Translations under genes and position numbers: made by a program
Shown: positions 19,625-20,000 of the stretch, piece by piece
Layout of the letters: the number at the start of each line of letters is the position of its first letter
Position numbering within the stretch: position 1 is the first letter of the stretch
Source of the DNA: Neocallimastix sp. 'constans'
Taxonomy: Eukaryota
Direction of reading: 5' to 3'
NCBI GenBank assembly: GCA_050613775.1
Contig: JBODTK010000121.1
Location: forward strand, 479,777 to 499,776
DNA length: 20,000 bases
Notes under the pieces: model-generated
The model's database searches: none
The model's input: the letters and a program-made list of their open reading frames with translations, nothing else
Told to the model about the DNA's origin: nothing

Positions 19625-20000
19625 TTATTTTTTAAATGGCACTTTACTTTTTTTTGATTTGTTTGCTTTATTATTTTTATTTTGTTCTTTAGAAAGGGCT
19701 TTATGCTTATTAACTTCACTTTTTAAACTTTCAATACTTGCCATTTTATCTAAATTTTTTAATCTTGAATTAATATAACTATAAGCGGCATCAGTTAATT
19801 CAGTAATAACTTTTTTATCAGGACCTTTGATATTTAAATTCTTTTTAGATTCATTAACTATCTTAGATAATTCCTTTTCTTTGATTTTTACGAATTCAGA
19901 AATAGCTAAAGACTCTATTATTGATAATACGAAGTACGCTACCATAATAGTAATAAAAGCATTCCATACAACAGTAATTATCCCTGATCCATTTTCCTTA
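19625..20000 (-). CDS. 3' end of a gene extending beyond the window; probable membrane protein (hydrophobic helix followed by a charged tail)
   Basis: The frame of ORF 19625-19945 stays open to the window edge (KENGSGIITVVWNAFITIMVAYFVLSIIESLAISEFVKIKEKE...). Composition is coding-like and drops abruptly to AT-only sequence after the stop. Confidence 0.75.
   Translation of the reverse strand, partial: KENGSGIITVVWNAFITIMVAYFVLSIIESLAISEFVKIKEKELSKIVNESKKNLNIKGPDKKVITELTDAAYSYINSRLKNLDKMASIESLKSEVNKHKALSKEQNKNNKANKSKKSKVPFKK

Overview
Extremely AT-rich eukaryotic genomic DNA. Homopolymer- and microsatellite-rich spacers and AT-ending codons are most consistent with an anaerobic gut fungus (Neocallimastigomycota); this is an inference. 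The one clearly intact gene is an intronless ABC-F ATPase (1267-5421, minus). It has ABCF2/Arb1-type ATPase domains, an ~835-aa charged N-terminal extension built from two tandem-repeat arrays, and an atypical interdomain linker. The rest is mostly mobile-element debris: a decayed Ty1/copia RT-RNase H-PPT-LTR remnant (~9300-11693, +); an internally deleted copia element with gag joined to RNase H between ~130-bp direct repeats (16013-17421, -); an 88-bp hairpin-rich, poly(A)-tailed retroposed insert with a perfect 17-bp target-site duplication (11918-12005); a 42/47-bp minisatellite (~18115-18800); and dispersed AT-rich repeats. Reading across introns also gives a candidate two-exon 95-aa gene that the ORF track misses (12923-13524, -). 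The 3' end of a probable membrane-protein gene lies at the right edge. No rRNA, tRNA or CRISPR array was found.
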